DNA of 64,000 nt, from the NCBI GenBank assembly GCA_046754285.1, contig JBHHVJ010000001.1:5056-69055 (forward strand). Reading direction: 5' to 3'. Origin of the DNA: Myxococcota bacterium. Its GTDB lineage: Bacteria > Myxococcota_A > UBA9160 > SZUA-336. Of the stretch, positions 8,722 to 17,524 are shown in pieces; positions within the stretch are counted from its first letter, which is position 1; every line of letters begins with the position of its first letter. The translations under genes and the position numbers were made by a program. The notes beneath the pieces are model-generated. The model worked only from the letters and a program-made list of their open reading frames with translations. It was not told the origin of the DNA and did no database searches.

Positions 8722-9862
8722 GAGCCTTGCCCAGAATCAGGGTGTGGATGTCGTGGGTGCCCTCGTAGGTGCGCACGGTCTCCAGGTTGACCATGTGGCG
8801 CATGGAGCAGTAATCGTCGACGATCCCGTTGGCGCCGAGCAGGTCGCGCGCCTGACGGGCGATGCGCAGGGCCACGTCGACGTTGTTCATCTTGGCCATC
8901 GAGACCATCGGCGGCTCGAGGCGTCCGGCGTCCTTGAGCCGGCCCAGGCGCAGAGCAAGGAGCTGGGCCTTGGTGAGCTCCGTGGCCATCCAGGCGAGCT
9001 TCTGCTGGGTGAGCTGGAAGGACGCGAGCGGCCGCTGGAAGATGATGCGCTCGCGCGCGTAGCGCAGCGCCTCGTCGAAGCAGGCCTGCGCGGCACCCAC
9101 GGCACCCCAGGCGATTCCGTAACGCGCCTGGGTGAGGCAGCTCAGCGGCCCACGCAGCCCGCGGACCCCGGGCAGGCGATGGCTCTCGGGCACGGGCGTC
9201 CCGTCGAGGAAGAGCTCACTCGTGATCGAGGCGCGCAGCGAGAACTTGCCCTTCATGTCGCGCGCCTCAAAGCCCGACGCACCCCGATCGACCAGGAAGC
9301 CCTGGATGCCGTCGTCGGTGCGCGCCCAAACGAGCGCCACATCAGCGATGCTCCCGTTCGTGATCCAGCGCTTCGTGCCGCTCAGCCGCCAGCCGTCGCC
9401 GTGGCGATGGGCGCGCGTCTGCATGCCGCCGGGGTCGGAGCCGAAGTCGGGCTCGGTGAGGCCGAAGCATCCGATCACCTCGCCGCGGGCCATCGCGGGC
9501 AGCCAGCGCTGCTTCTGCTCCTCGGAGCCGAAGGCGTGGATCGGGTACATGACCAGCGCCCCCTGCACCGACGCGAAGCTCCGCAGGCCAGAGTCACCCC
9601 GCTCGAGCTCCTGCATGACGAGCCCATAGGCGACGGCATTCATGCCCGCACACCCGTAGCCCTGGAGCTGGGCCCCAAAGAGTCCGAGCTCCGCGAGCTT
9701 GGGGACGAGCTCGATCGGAAAAGATCCGTCCTGCCGCACGTGCTCGACGATGCAGGGCAGGAACTCCTTCTCGACGAACGCACGCACCGTATCGCGGGCG
9801 AGCCGCTCCTCCGAGGAGAGCTCGTCCTCGATACGGTAGAAGTCCAGTGCCTCGAAGGGCAC
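8696..9862 (-). CDS. gcdH: glutaryl-CoA dehydrogenase (acyl-CoA dehydrogenase family)
   Basis: 'LDFYRIEDELSSEERLARDTVRAFVEKEF', 'IGCFGLTEPDFGSDPGGMQTRA' and 'KRWITNG' are typical of GcdH. Confidence 0.85.
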   Translation of the reverse strand: MPFEALDFYRIEDELSSEERLARDTVRAFVEKEFLPCIVEHVRQDGSFPIELVPKLAELGLFGAQLQGYGCAGMNAVAYGLVMQELERGDSGLRSFASVQGALVMYPIHAFGSEEQKQRWLPAMARGEVIGCFGLTEPDFGSDPGGMQTRAHRHGDGWRLSGTKRWITNGSIADVALVWARTDDGIQGFLVDRGASGFEARDMKGKFSLRASITSELFLDGTPVPESHRLPGVRGLRGPLSCLTQARYGIAWGAVGAAQACFDEALRYARERIIFQRPLASFQLTQQKLAWMATELTKAQLLALRLGRLKDAGRLEPPMVSMAKMNNVDVALRIARQARDLLGANGIVDDYCSMRHMVNLETVRTYEGTHDIHTLILGKALTGLDAFS

Positions 9863-9867
9863 CGGCC

Positions 9868-10209
9868 CTAGACGTTCTCGCGCGTGAGCTCGCTCAGCTT
9901 CTTCGAGATCGTCGTGAGCTTGCGATTGAGCCGAGCGATATCGGCCTTGGTGGCCAGGCCGAAGGCGTCGAAGACCTGCGTCCGCGCGCGCTCGACCCGA
10001 TCCTCCAGGCCCCTGCGCGCCTCCTCCGCGCGCTTGTAGACCGTGCTCTTGCGGAGATCCGTCTGGATCCGCTCGGCCCGCTTGCGGACCTCGCCCTCGA
10101 CCCGCTTGCGACGATCGTCGAAGCGCTCGCGCAGCTCGTGCAGCTGCTCATCGAGGTTGCGAAGGGCCTCGTTGAAGCGGTCGAAGCCTGTCGTCTGTGT
10201 CTCGGCCAT
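9868..10209 (-). CDS. phasin-like coiled-coil protein (PHA-granule-associated protein family)
   Basis: ATG 10209 is preceded by 'GGGAGGTG' about 7 nt upstream. Charged coiled-coil sequence. C-terminal 'FGLATKADIARLNRKLTTISKKLSEL' resembles the phasin TIGR01837 family. Confidence 0.55.
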   Translation of the reverse strand: MAETQTTGFDRFNEALRNLDEQLHELRERFDDRRKRVEGEVRKRAERIQTDLRKSTVYKRAEEARRGLEDRVERARTQVFDAFGLATKADIARLNRKLTTISKKLSELTRENV

Positions 10210-10278
10210 ATCGATCACCTCCCTCTTGGACGCGCCCAATATAACACGCTGCGTCAAGAAGGCAAGTCCATGTATTAC

Positions 10279-10307
10279 ATAATAATATCAATACCTTACA
10301 TAACCAA
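10279..10307 (-). promoter_or_regulatory. candidate sigma70-type promoter for the phasin-like gene
   Basis: Minus strand reads TTGGTT-(17 nt)-TATTAT inside the only strongly AT-rich stretch in this part of the window. The 11-bp palindrome ATGTAATACAT (10270-10280) overlaps the -10. Confidence 0.35.
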
Positions 10308-10340
10308 CGTCCCGGGAGTTAGACGCGGGCCGTCAGGGGG

Positions 10341-11345
10341 CTACCAGCGGAGGAGGGCGGCGCCCCAGGTGAATCCGGAGCCGAACCCGGCCAGCAGGAC
10401 CAGGTGGCCGGGGCGGATGCGGCCCACCCGGGCGCACTCGTCCAAGCACATCGGGATCGAGGCCGCGGAGCAGTTCCCGTAGATGTCGATGTTGTTGTAG
10501 GTCTTCTCGGGGGGAATGCCGAGCTGGCCGGCGACGTACTCGTTGATGCGGAGGTTGGCCTGGTGGAAGATGAAGAAGTCGACGTCGCCCACCGAGCACT
10601 TGTTCGCCGCGAGCGCCTCGTGGATCACCTCGGGCATTCGCCGAACCGCGTGCTTGAAGACGAAGCGGCCGTCCATCTTCGGGTACATCAGGCCCTGCTC
10701 GAGCATCCGGGGCGTGAGGCGCGGCTTGTGGACGCAGCCGGGGGCGTCGACCCAGAGCTTCTTGGCGTGCTTGCCTTCGGCGTGCAGGTGCACGGAGAGG
10801 ATCCCTCGCTCGGCGTCCTCGCTCGGCTCCAGGATCAGGGCACCCGCGCCATCTCCGAAGATCACGGCGACGTCGCGTCCCCTCGTCGAGAAATCGAGGC
10901 CGCTGGAGTGCACCTCGGCGCCGCAGACGAGCACGCGGTCGTACTGGCCCGAGGCCACGTAGAGCTGACCGACCTGGAGCGCGTACAGGAAGCCCGTGCA
11001 CTGGCAGCGGATGTCCATCGCCGGAATTTCCGAGATGCCGAGCATGTCCTGTAGGAAGGCCGAGGTGCCGGGGAACTCGTGGTGGGGCGAGAGGGAGGGA
11101 ACGAGGATTGCGTCGAGGTCCTCAGGCCCGAGCCCCGCTGACTCGAGCGCTTGACGTGAGGCCTCGAGTGCGAGGTGCGCAGGACCCGTGCCATCCTCCA
11201 CGTGGTGTCGCTGCCGAATACCCGTGCGCTGCTGGATCCACTCGTCGCTCGTGTCCATGAGCTTCTCGAGATCCGCGTTGGTCACGACCTGCGGCGGGAC
11301 GTACATCCCCGTGCCCGCGATGCCGACGCGCCGAAGCACCTGCAT
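10341..11345 (-). CDS. fabH: 3-oxoacyl-ACP synthase III
   Basis: 'IAGTGMYVPPQVVTNADLEKLMDTSDEWIQQRTGIRQRH', active-site 'CTGFLYAL', 'FHQANLRI' and C-terminal 'GFGSGFTWGAALLRW'. Start at internal ATG 11345, directly after the hflX stop. Confidence 0.9.
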   Translation of the reverse strand: MQVLRRVGIAGTGMYVPPQVVTNADLEKLMDTSDEWIQQRTGIRQRHHVEDGTGPAHLALEASRQALESAGLGPEDLDAILVPSLSPHHEFPGTSAFLQDMLGISEIPAMDIRCQCTGFLYALQVGQLYVASGQYDRVLVCGAEVHSSGLDFSTRGRDVAVIFGDGAGALILEPSEDAERGILSVHLHAEGKHAKKLWVDAPGCVHKPRLTPRMLEQGLMYPKMDGRFVFKHAVRRMPEVIHEALAANKCSVGDVDFFIFHQANLRINEYVAGQLGIPPEKTYNNIDIYGNCSAASIPMCLDECARVGRIRPGHLVLLAGFGSGFTWGAALLRW

Positions 11346-11347
11346 GC

Positions 11348-13024
11348 CTAGCCCCCTCCCACAGCGAGGCTCGCCCCCCCTGGCTCCACCTCGGGGAAGA
11401 GCAACCGCTCCAGAGAGTAGAGCATCGCAGCGAGCCCGTCGCCGGTGGCCGCTGAGATCGCCACGCCCTCCAGGCGCCGCGCGAAGCCCGCGGCTTCCTC
11501 GGGCTCCACGCGGTCGCACTTGTTCAGGACGATCAGCTCCGGGATCTCGGAGAGCCCCAGAGCCTCGAGCGTGGCGTGGACCGCCTCGATGTGACGCGGC
11601 GCGGCGGGGCTGGAGGCATCGACGACGTGGAGCAGGACGCTCGCGTCGCGGATCTCCTCGAGCGTGGAGCGGAAGCCCGCGACGAGGTCGGGCGGCAGGT
11701 CGCGAATGAAGCCCACGGTGTCCGTGACGATCACGTCGCGTTCGCGGGGAAAGCGGAGTCGCCGCGAGGAGGAGTCCAGCGTCGCGAAGAGCTGGTTCGC
11801 CGTATGCACGTCGCTCTTCGTCAGCCGATTGAGCAGCGTGGACTTCCCGGCGTTCGTGTAGCCGACGATCGAGAGCACCGGGAGCCCCTCGCGACGGCGC
11901 AGGGCCCGGCGCGTCTCCCGACGGCGGGCGATCAGCCCAGCCTCCCGCTCCAGCCGACGGATGCGGTCGCGCACACGACGCCGATCCACCTCGAGCTGCG
12001 TCTCTCCCGGTCCGCGGCCCCCGATGCCCCCCGCGAGCCGGCTCATCGACTCGCCCCGGCCGACGAGCCGCGGCAGGCGGTAGCGGAGCTGCGCCAGCTC
12101 GACCTGGAGCCGACCCTCCCGTGTGCGCGCGTGCTGCGCGAAAATGTCGAGAATGAGCTGGGTCCGGTCGACGATGCGCGCCTCGACGAGGTCCGTGATG
12201 TGCCGGACTTGCGCGGGAGTCAGATCCCGATCAAAGACGACCAGATTGGCGCCACGCTGCCACGCGCGCACGACCAGATCCTGCAGCTTTCCCTTTCCGA
12301 TCAGGTAGCGCGCGTCGGCTCGCGGTCGACGCTGCGAGACGGTCTCGACGATGCTCAGCCCGGCACTTCGCGCGAGCTCGCGCATCTCCTCGAGCCTCTC
12401 TTCGGCATCGGGATCGCGACCGAGCGCGACGCCCACCAGAACCGCACGCTCGTCGCCGGGCTCGAGCTCGACCCCTCGCTGAGAACGCGCAAAGCGATCC
12501 TCGAGCTCCTCGATCCAGTCGAGGAAGTCGAAGTCCAGGCGGGCGGGCGGGCGCGCCGGGTGGATCTCGACGGGGTCCTCCCCGGCGGCCTCCGGGCGCA
12601 TCGACGCGTACAGCGCGAGGCGGGGAAGCCCCTTGGCGTCGACCTGGAGCGCCACCATCGCGTCGAGCCGGAGCAGCGCCAGATCCGTCAGGTCGTCCCG
12701 CGTGAGCGCCTCGCCGTGAAGGTGCGTGTGGATGCAGCGCAGGCCACGGAAGCGCCCCGGCCCACCGCGCACGCGCTTGAAGTCCGGCAGCTCGATCCGG
12801 AAGGCATCTCCGACGGTGACGGACTCGACGCGGCCGCCCCGGCTGACGAGCGCGCCGACCTGGCGGCCGATGTCGAAGGAGATCTCACTGAGCTGGCGCG
12901 CGAACTCCTGGGAGACCAGCCGGTCGCGCGGGATGCGGCGACGGTAGAGGGCCCGAAGTCGGCGAATCTGGCTCGCCTTCAGCCCATAGGTCTGTCCGTG
13001 GAGCTCCGAGATCGATTCCTCCAC
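11348..13024 (-). CDS. hflX: GTPase HflX with a long N-terminal extension
   Basis: 'GKGKLQDL' and G1 'GYTNAGKSTLLNRL', plus 'DTVGFI' and 'NKCD'. GTG 13024 has 'GGAGGA' 9 nt upstream. The ORF stays open to 13111. Confidence 0.85.
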   Translation of the reverse strand: MEESISELHGQTYGLKASQIRRLRALYRRRIPRDRLVSQEFARQLSEISFDIGRQVGALVSRGGRVESVTVGDAFRIELPDFKRVRGGPGRFRGLRCIHTHLHGEALTRDDLTDLALLRLDAMVALQVDAKGLPRLALYASMRPEAAGEDPVEIHPARPPARLDFDFLDWIEELEDRFARSQRGVELEPGDERAVLVGVALGRDPDAEERLEEMRELARSAGLSIVETVSQRRPRADARYLIGKGKLQDLVVRAWQRGANLVVFDRDLTPAQVRHITDLVEARIVDRTQLILDIFAQHARTREGRLQVELAQLRYRLPRLVGRGESMSRLAGGIGGRGPGETQLEVDRRRVRDRIRRLEREAGLIARRRETRRALRRREGLPVLSIVGYTNAGKSTLLNRLTKSDVHTANQLFATLDSSSRRLRFPRERDVIVTDTVGFIRDLPPDLVAGFRSTLEEIRDASVLLHVVDASSPAAPRHIEAVHATLEALGLSEIPELIVLNKCDRVEPEEAAGFARRLEGVAISAATGDGLAAMLYSLERLLFPEVEPGGASLAVGGG

Positions 13025-13134
13025 CCACGCGGGTCCTCCAGAGGGTAGGTGGGGCGGACGCACCCGGTCAAGGCGAGCCTCCGTCCCCGGGCCGGCTTGA
13101 CGACCTTGCACCAGACGCGATCCTCGCGATCCCC

Positions 13135-14157
13135 TTGGGCGGACCGGAGATCAGCGTGATCCTGCCGGTGCGCAACGCGGCTCGGACCCTCGATGACGCG
13201 CTGCGCTCGGTCCTCGCGAGCCGCGGCGTTCGCCTCGAGGTTCTCTGCGTCGACGACGGATCGCGGGACGGGAGCTCCGAGATCCTCGCGGAATGGGCGC
13301 GACAGGACCCGCGTGTGGCGTGGCGACGCAGCAGAGGACCGGGGATCTGTGCCGCCCTGAACGTGGCCCTCGCCGACGCACGCGCCTCCTACCTGGCCCG
13401 AATGGACGCCGATGACGAGATGCACCCGGAGCGGCTCGCGGCCCAAGCAGCCCTTCTGGATGCACGCCCGGACCTGTGCCTGGTCGGCTGCTGCGTCGAG
13501 TCCTTTCGCGAGGACGGTCTCGCGGAGGGCTACCGCCTCTACACCGAGTGGGTCAACCGGCTGATCGAGCCCGACCAGATCGCCCGTGAGGCCTTCGTGG
13601 AGTGCCCGGTTCCGCATCCCACCTGGATGCTGCGGCGGGAAGCGGTCGAGCGAGTCGGCGGCTACCGCGATCTCGGCTGGCCCGAGGATCTCGATCTGCT
13701 CTACCGGCTCCTGGTCCGTCGGGAGAGCGTCGGCAAGGTGCCGCGGGTCCTCCACCGCTGGCGGGACCATCCCGAGCGCCTGTCTCGCACGGACCCGCGC
13801 TACTCCCGTGAGGCCTTCGCCCGCGTCAAAGCGCACTTCCTGCCGCGGATCCACCCCATGTCCGGCGCGGTGGTCTGGGGCGCAGGCCGGACGGGTCGGC
13901 GCTTCGTCAAGCTCCTGGCCGCAGAAGGCGTCCTCATCCGGGCCCTGATCGACATCCATCCCGACCGCGTGGGATCGAGCTGGAGGGAGATCCCCATACT
14001 GGACCCCGCGCAGCTCCGCCTGCGCTGGCGGGCCTGGCGCGCGGAAGGTCTGCGGATCCTGGGCGCCGTGGCCAGCCGGGGCGCGAGGTGCCTGATTCGC
14101 GGCGAGCTGCTGGCGCAGGGCATGAAAGAAGGGGAAGACTTTCTGATGGTGGCCTAG
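13135..14157 (+). CDS. GT2-family glycosyltransferase with a C-terminal Rossmann-like domain
   Basis: 'ISVILPVRNAARTLDDALRSV...CVDDGSRDGS' and 'ARMDADD' (DxD). C-terminal 'VVWGAGRTGRRF'. Start uncertain: TTG 13135 or GTG 13156, which has a GGAGA Shine-Dalgarno. Confidence 0.75.
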   Translation: MGGPEISVILPVRNAARTLDDALRSVLASRGVRLEVLCVDDGSRDGSSEILAEWARQDPRVAWRRSRGPGICAALNVALADARASYLARMDADDEMHPERLAAQAALLDARPDLCLVGCCVESFREDGLAEGYRLYTEWVNRLIEPDQIAREAFVECPVPHPTWMLRREAVERVGGYRDLGWPEDLDLLYRLLVRRESVGKVPRVLHRWRDHPERLSRTDPRYSREAFARVKAHFLPRIHPMSGAVVWGAGRTGRRFVKLLAAEGVLIRALIDIHPDRVGSSWREIPILDPAQLRLRWRAWRAEGLRILGAVASRGARCLIRGELLAQGMKEGEDFLMVA

Positions 14158-14252
14158 GGAAGCCACCGCCGCGGCGCAGGTCCGCGCGGGGCAAGGCTTC
14201 AGGTCAGGCCGGCGCCGATCCGAATGGACCGGAGGGGCGAGCAAGAGGGCCG

Positions 14253-15650
14253 ATGGGAATCTCGAGAGAGCTGGCGCTGCTGGTCCTGGCGGCGGGACGG
14301 GGAACGCGAATGCGCTCGCGCCTGCCGAAAGTGCTGCACCCGGTCTGCGGCCGCCCCCTGCTGCTGCATCCGCTCGCGCTGGGGGACGCACTCGGGGTGC
14401 AGCGCCGCATCGTGGTCGTGAGTCCCGGGCAGGACGAGGTGCAAGAGCGAGTCGCGGGCCACGGTGTGGAGATCGTCGAGCAGGCCGAGCCCCTGGGAAC
14501 CGGCCACGCCGTGCTCCAGGCCCGCCCGTTGCTGAACGATCATCCCGGCAGCGTGCTGATCCTCTACGGGGATCACCCGCTGTATCGGGCCCGCACCCTC
14601 GAGGCCCTGCTGGAGGTCCATGCCTCGAGGAAGGCGGACCTGACGCTGCTCACCGGCCAGCTCCCCGACCCGAGCGGCTACGGTCGGATCGTGCGCGGCT
14701 CCGACGGGCGGATCGACCGCATCGTCGAGGATGCCGATGCACCCGAGGAGATCCGGGCTCTCCACGAGGTCAATCTGGGCGTCTACGTCGCCGCGCCCGG
14801 CTTCGTCTTCGCGACGCTGGAGGGCCTGGAGCGCTCCAACGCCCAAGGCGAGCTCTACCTGACCGACCTGGTGGAGCTGGCCCTGCGGGCGGGAAGGCGC
14901 GTGGAGACACACGGGATCGGGGACTGGACCGAGGCCATCGGCGTGAACGACCGGGTCGATCTGGCTCGCGCCGAGAGCGTGCTGCGAAGGCGCATCGCGG
15001 AGCGCTGGATGCTCGCGGGCGTGAGCTTCGTGGATCCCGAGCGGACCTACGTGGACGTGGACGTTGAGATCGGCCCTGACAGCGTGATCGAGCCCGGGGT
15101 CCGCCTGCGCGGCCAGACCCGCATCGGGGCAGCCTGCCGGATCGACGCGGGCGTGGTGGTCGACGGATGCCGGATCGGAGACGGGGTCTGGATCAAGCCG
15201 CACTGCTGGCTCGAGGGCTCGCGGGTCGCAGCGGGCTGCGTCCTGGGACCCTCCGCGCATCTGCGGCCGGGCAGCGAGCTCGCCGAGGGCGTGCGGATCG
15301 GGAACTTCGTCGAGGTCAAGAACTCGAAGCTCGGCACGGGCACGAAGGCCGACCATCTGTCGTACATCGGGGACGCCGACATCGGGGAGCGCGTGACCTT
15401 CGCTTGCGGGGCCATCACCGTGAACTACGATGGCCGACGCAAGAGTCGCACGGTGGTCGGAGACGGCTGCTTCGTGGGATGCAACTCCAATCTCATCGCG
15501 CCGGTGACGCTGGCGGCGGACTCGTACGTCGCCGCGGGATCGACGATCACACGCGAGGTACCGAGCGAGGCGCTGGCCGTGGGCCGTGCACGCCAGCGCA
15601 ACATCGACGGCTGGCGTCGGCGGTTCTTCGCGAAGAGTGACGAGGGATAG
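14253..15650 (+). CDS. glmU: bifunctional UDP-N-acetylglucosamine diphosphorylase / glucosamine-1-phosphate N-acetyltransferase
   Basis: 'LVLAAGRGTRMRSRLPKVLHPVCGRPLL' N-terminus. C-terminal left-handed beta-helix hexapeptide repeats. Sits directly upstream of glmS. Confidence 0.9.
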   Translation: MGISRELALLVLAAGRGTRMRSRLPKVLHPVCGRPLLLHPLALGDALGVQRRIVVVSPGQDEVQERVAGHGVEIVEQAEPLGTGHAVLQARPLLNDHPGSVLILYGDHPLYRARTLEALLEVHASRKADLTLLTGQLPDPSGYGRIVRGSDGRIDRIVEDADAPEEIRALHEVNLGVYVAAPGFVFATLEGLERSNAQGELYLTDLVELALRAGRRVETHGIGDWTEAIGVNDRVDLARAESVLRRRIAERWMLAGVSFVDPERTYVDVDVEIGPDSVIEPGVRLRGQTRIGAACRIDAGVVVDGCRIGDGVWIKPHCWLEGSRVAAGCVLGPSAHLRPGSELAEGVRIGNFVEVKNSKLGTGTKADHLSYIGDADIGERVTFACGAITVNYDGRRKSRTVVGDGCFVGCNSNLIAPVTLAADSYVAAGSTITREVPSEALAVGRARQRNIDGWRRRFFAKSDEG

Positions 15651-15654
15651 CCGC

Positions 15655-17490
15655 ATGTGCGGGATCGTGGCCTATGTGGGAAGCGAAGAGCGTGCCCAGG
15701 ATGTGATCCTCGACGGGCTGCGACGGCTCGAGTACCGGGGCTACGACTCCGCGGGCCTGGCCGTGCTCCAGGACGGCAAGCTTCGCGTCGTGCGCGCGCT
15801 GGGCAAGCTGGTCAACCTCGAGGCCGCGCTCCGCGACGTCCCCGTGCACGGCGCGCTCGGACTCGGTCACACACGCTGGGCGACGCACGGCCGGCCCTCG
15901 GAGGAGAACGCGCATCCCCACTGTGCCGGGACGGTCGCGCTGATCCACAACGGGATCGTGGAGAATCACCGGGAGCTTCGCGAAGGGCTCGTCGCACGTG
16001 GCTGTGAGATTCGCTCGGACACGGACACCGAGCTGATCGCGCATCTGATCCATCTGGAGCGCGAGGCCCGCAAGCCGCTTCTCGAGGCCGTCCAGTCCGC
16101 CGTCTCTCGGCTCGATGGGTCGTACGCGATCGCGGTGATCGACGAGGAGTTCCCCGACTCGATCGTCGTCGCCAAGCACGGCGGCAGCCCGGTGATCCTG
16201 GGTCTGGGACGGGGTGAGCACTTCGTGGCTTCGGACGTGCCGGCAATCCTGCCGTACACGCGCGCCATGATCGTGCTCCTCGATGGAGACGTCGCGGAGA
16301 TCACCCCCACGGCGCTGCAAATCTTCGATGCCGAGGGGCACGAGGTCTCGCGAGCGACGAAGGTGATCCAGTGGGATCCGATCCAGGCGGAGAAGGGCGG
16401 CTACGACCGCTTCATGCAGAAGGAGATCCACGAGCAGCCCCGAGCCATCAGCGACACGATCGGTACGCGCGTGAACGAGGAGCGCGGAGACATCGAGCTT
16501 GACGGCATCGAGTTCGGCGAGGAGTGGCTCGCATCGCTGTCGCGCATTCATCTCCTGGGCTGCGGATCGGCATGGCACGCCAGCCGCGTCGCGCAGTACG
16601 GCCTGGAACGTGCCGCGGGCGTTCCCGTCACCGCAGAGCTGGCGAGCGAATTTCGCCATCGCGATCCGGTCGTAGAGCCCAGTCATCTGGTCGTCGCCGT
16701 CTCCCAGTCGGGGGAGACCAGCGACACGCTGTCGGCCCTGCGTGGGGCGAAGCAGCGCGGGGCCCACACGCTGGCGATCTCCAACGTGCACGAGAGCACG
16801 ATCGCACGCGAGGCGGAGCACTGCCTCTACACCCAGGCCGGGCCCGAGATTGGAGTGGCCTCGACCAAGTGCTTCTCGACCCAGATCGTCACCCTGCACC
16901 TGCTGACCCTCAAGCTGGGCCTGCTGCGCAGCCGGCTCACGCGCGACGAGGTCCGCGAGGAGATCCGTTGGCTGCGGCGGCTGCCGCGGCTCGTCGAGCG
17001 GACGCTCGGCCTCTGGGAGCCCGTCGCGGCGATCGCCCGCAGACACTTCCATGCTCGCGACTTTCTCTTCCTGGGTCGCGGGGTGGGGTTCCCGATCGCG
17101 CTCGAAGGGGCGCTCAAGCTCAAGGAGATCTCCTACATCCACGCCGAGGGGTACGCCGGAGGGGAGCTCAAGCACGGTCCGATCGCGCTGATCGACGAGG
17201 GACTGCCCGTGCTGGTCGTCGCGAACCAGGAGACCTGCTTCGGGAAGATCGCCAGCAACGCCCAGGAGGTTCGCGCACGCGGAGCTCGAGTGATCGCTGT
17301 GGTCTCGGAAGGGGACACACGGGGGCATGAGTTCGCCGACGAGATCATCGAGGTGCCACGCGCCCCCGATCCGCTCAGCGCCGTGCTGGCCACGGTGCCG
17401 CTCCAGATCCTGGCCTATCACGTGGCGACGCTCAAGGGGACCGACGTGGATCAGCCACGGAACCTCGCGAAGAGCGTGACGGTCGAGTAG
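15655..17490 (+). CDS. glmS: glutamine--fructose-6-phosphate aminotransferase
   Basis: 'MCGIVAYVG' N-terminal nucleophile Cys, two SIS domains, C-terminal 'DVDQPRNLAKSVTVE'. Confidence 0.95.
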   Translation: MCGIVAYVGSEERAQDVILDGLRRLEYRGYDSAGLAVLQDGKLRVVRALGKLVNLEAALRDVPVHGALGLGHTRWATHGRPSEENAHPHCAGTVALIHNGIVENHRELREGLVARGCEIRSDTDTELIAHLIHLEREARKPLLEAVQSAVSRLDGSYAIAVIDEEFPDSIVVAKHGGSPVILGLGRGEHFVASDVPAILPYTRAMIVLLDGDVAEITPTALQIFDAEGHEVSRATKVIQWDPIQAEKGGYDRFMQKEIHEQPRAISDTIGTRVNEERGDIELDGIEFGEEWLASLSRIHLLGCGSAWHASRVAQYGLERAAGVPVTAELASEFRHRDPVVEPSHLVVAVSQSGETSDTLSALRGAKQRGAHTLAISNVHESTIAREAEHCLYTQAGPEIGVASTKCFSTQIVTLHLLTLKLGLLRSRLTRDEVREEIRWLRRLPRLVERTLGLWEPVAAIARRHFHARDFLFLGRGVGFPIALEGALKLKEISYIHAEGYAGGELKHGPIALIDEGLPVLVVANQETCFGKIASNAQEVRARGARVIAVVSEGDTRGHEFADEIIEVPRAPDPLSAVLATVPLQILAYHVATLKGTDVDQPRNLAKSVTVE

Positions 17491-17524
17491 CGCGGTCCCG
17501 AGCTCGCGAGCTAAGCTCTCGCCC

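Noticed and set aside
10303-10314. The 9-mer CAACGTCCC is shared between the phasin-upstream AT-rich island (10306-10314) and the right arm of the 31420-31526 inverted repeat (31517-31525).
   Set aside because: A single shared 9-mer in 64 kb read on both strands is close to chance expectation, and the similarity does not extend further.
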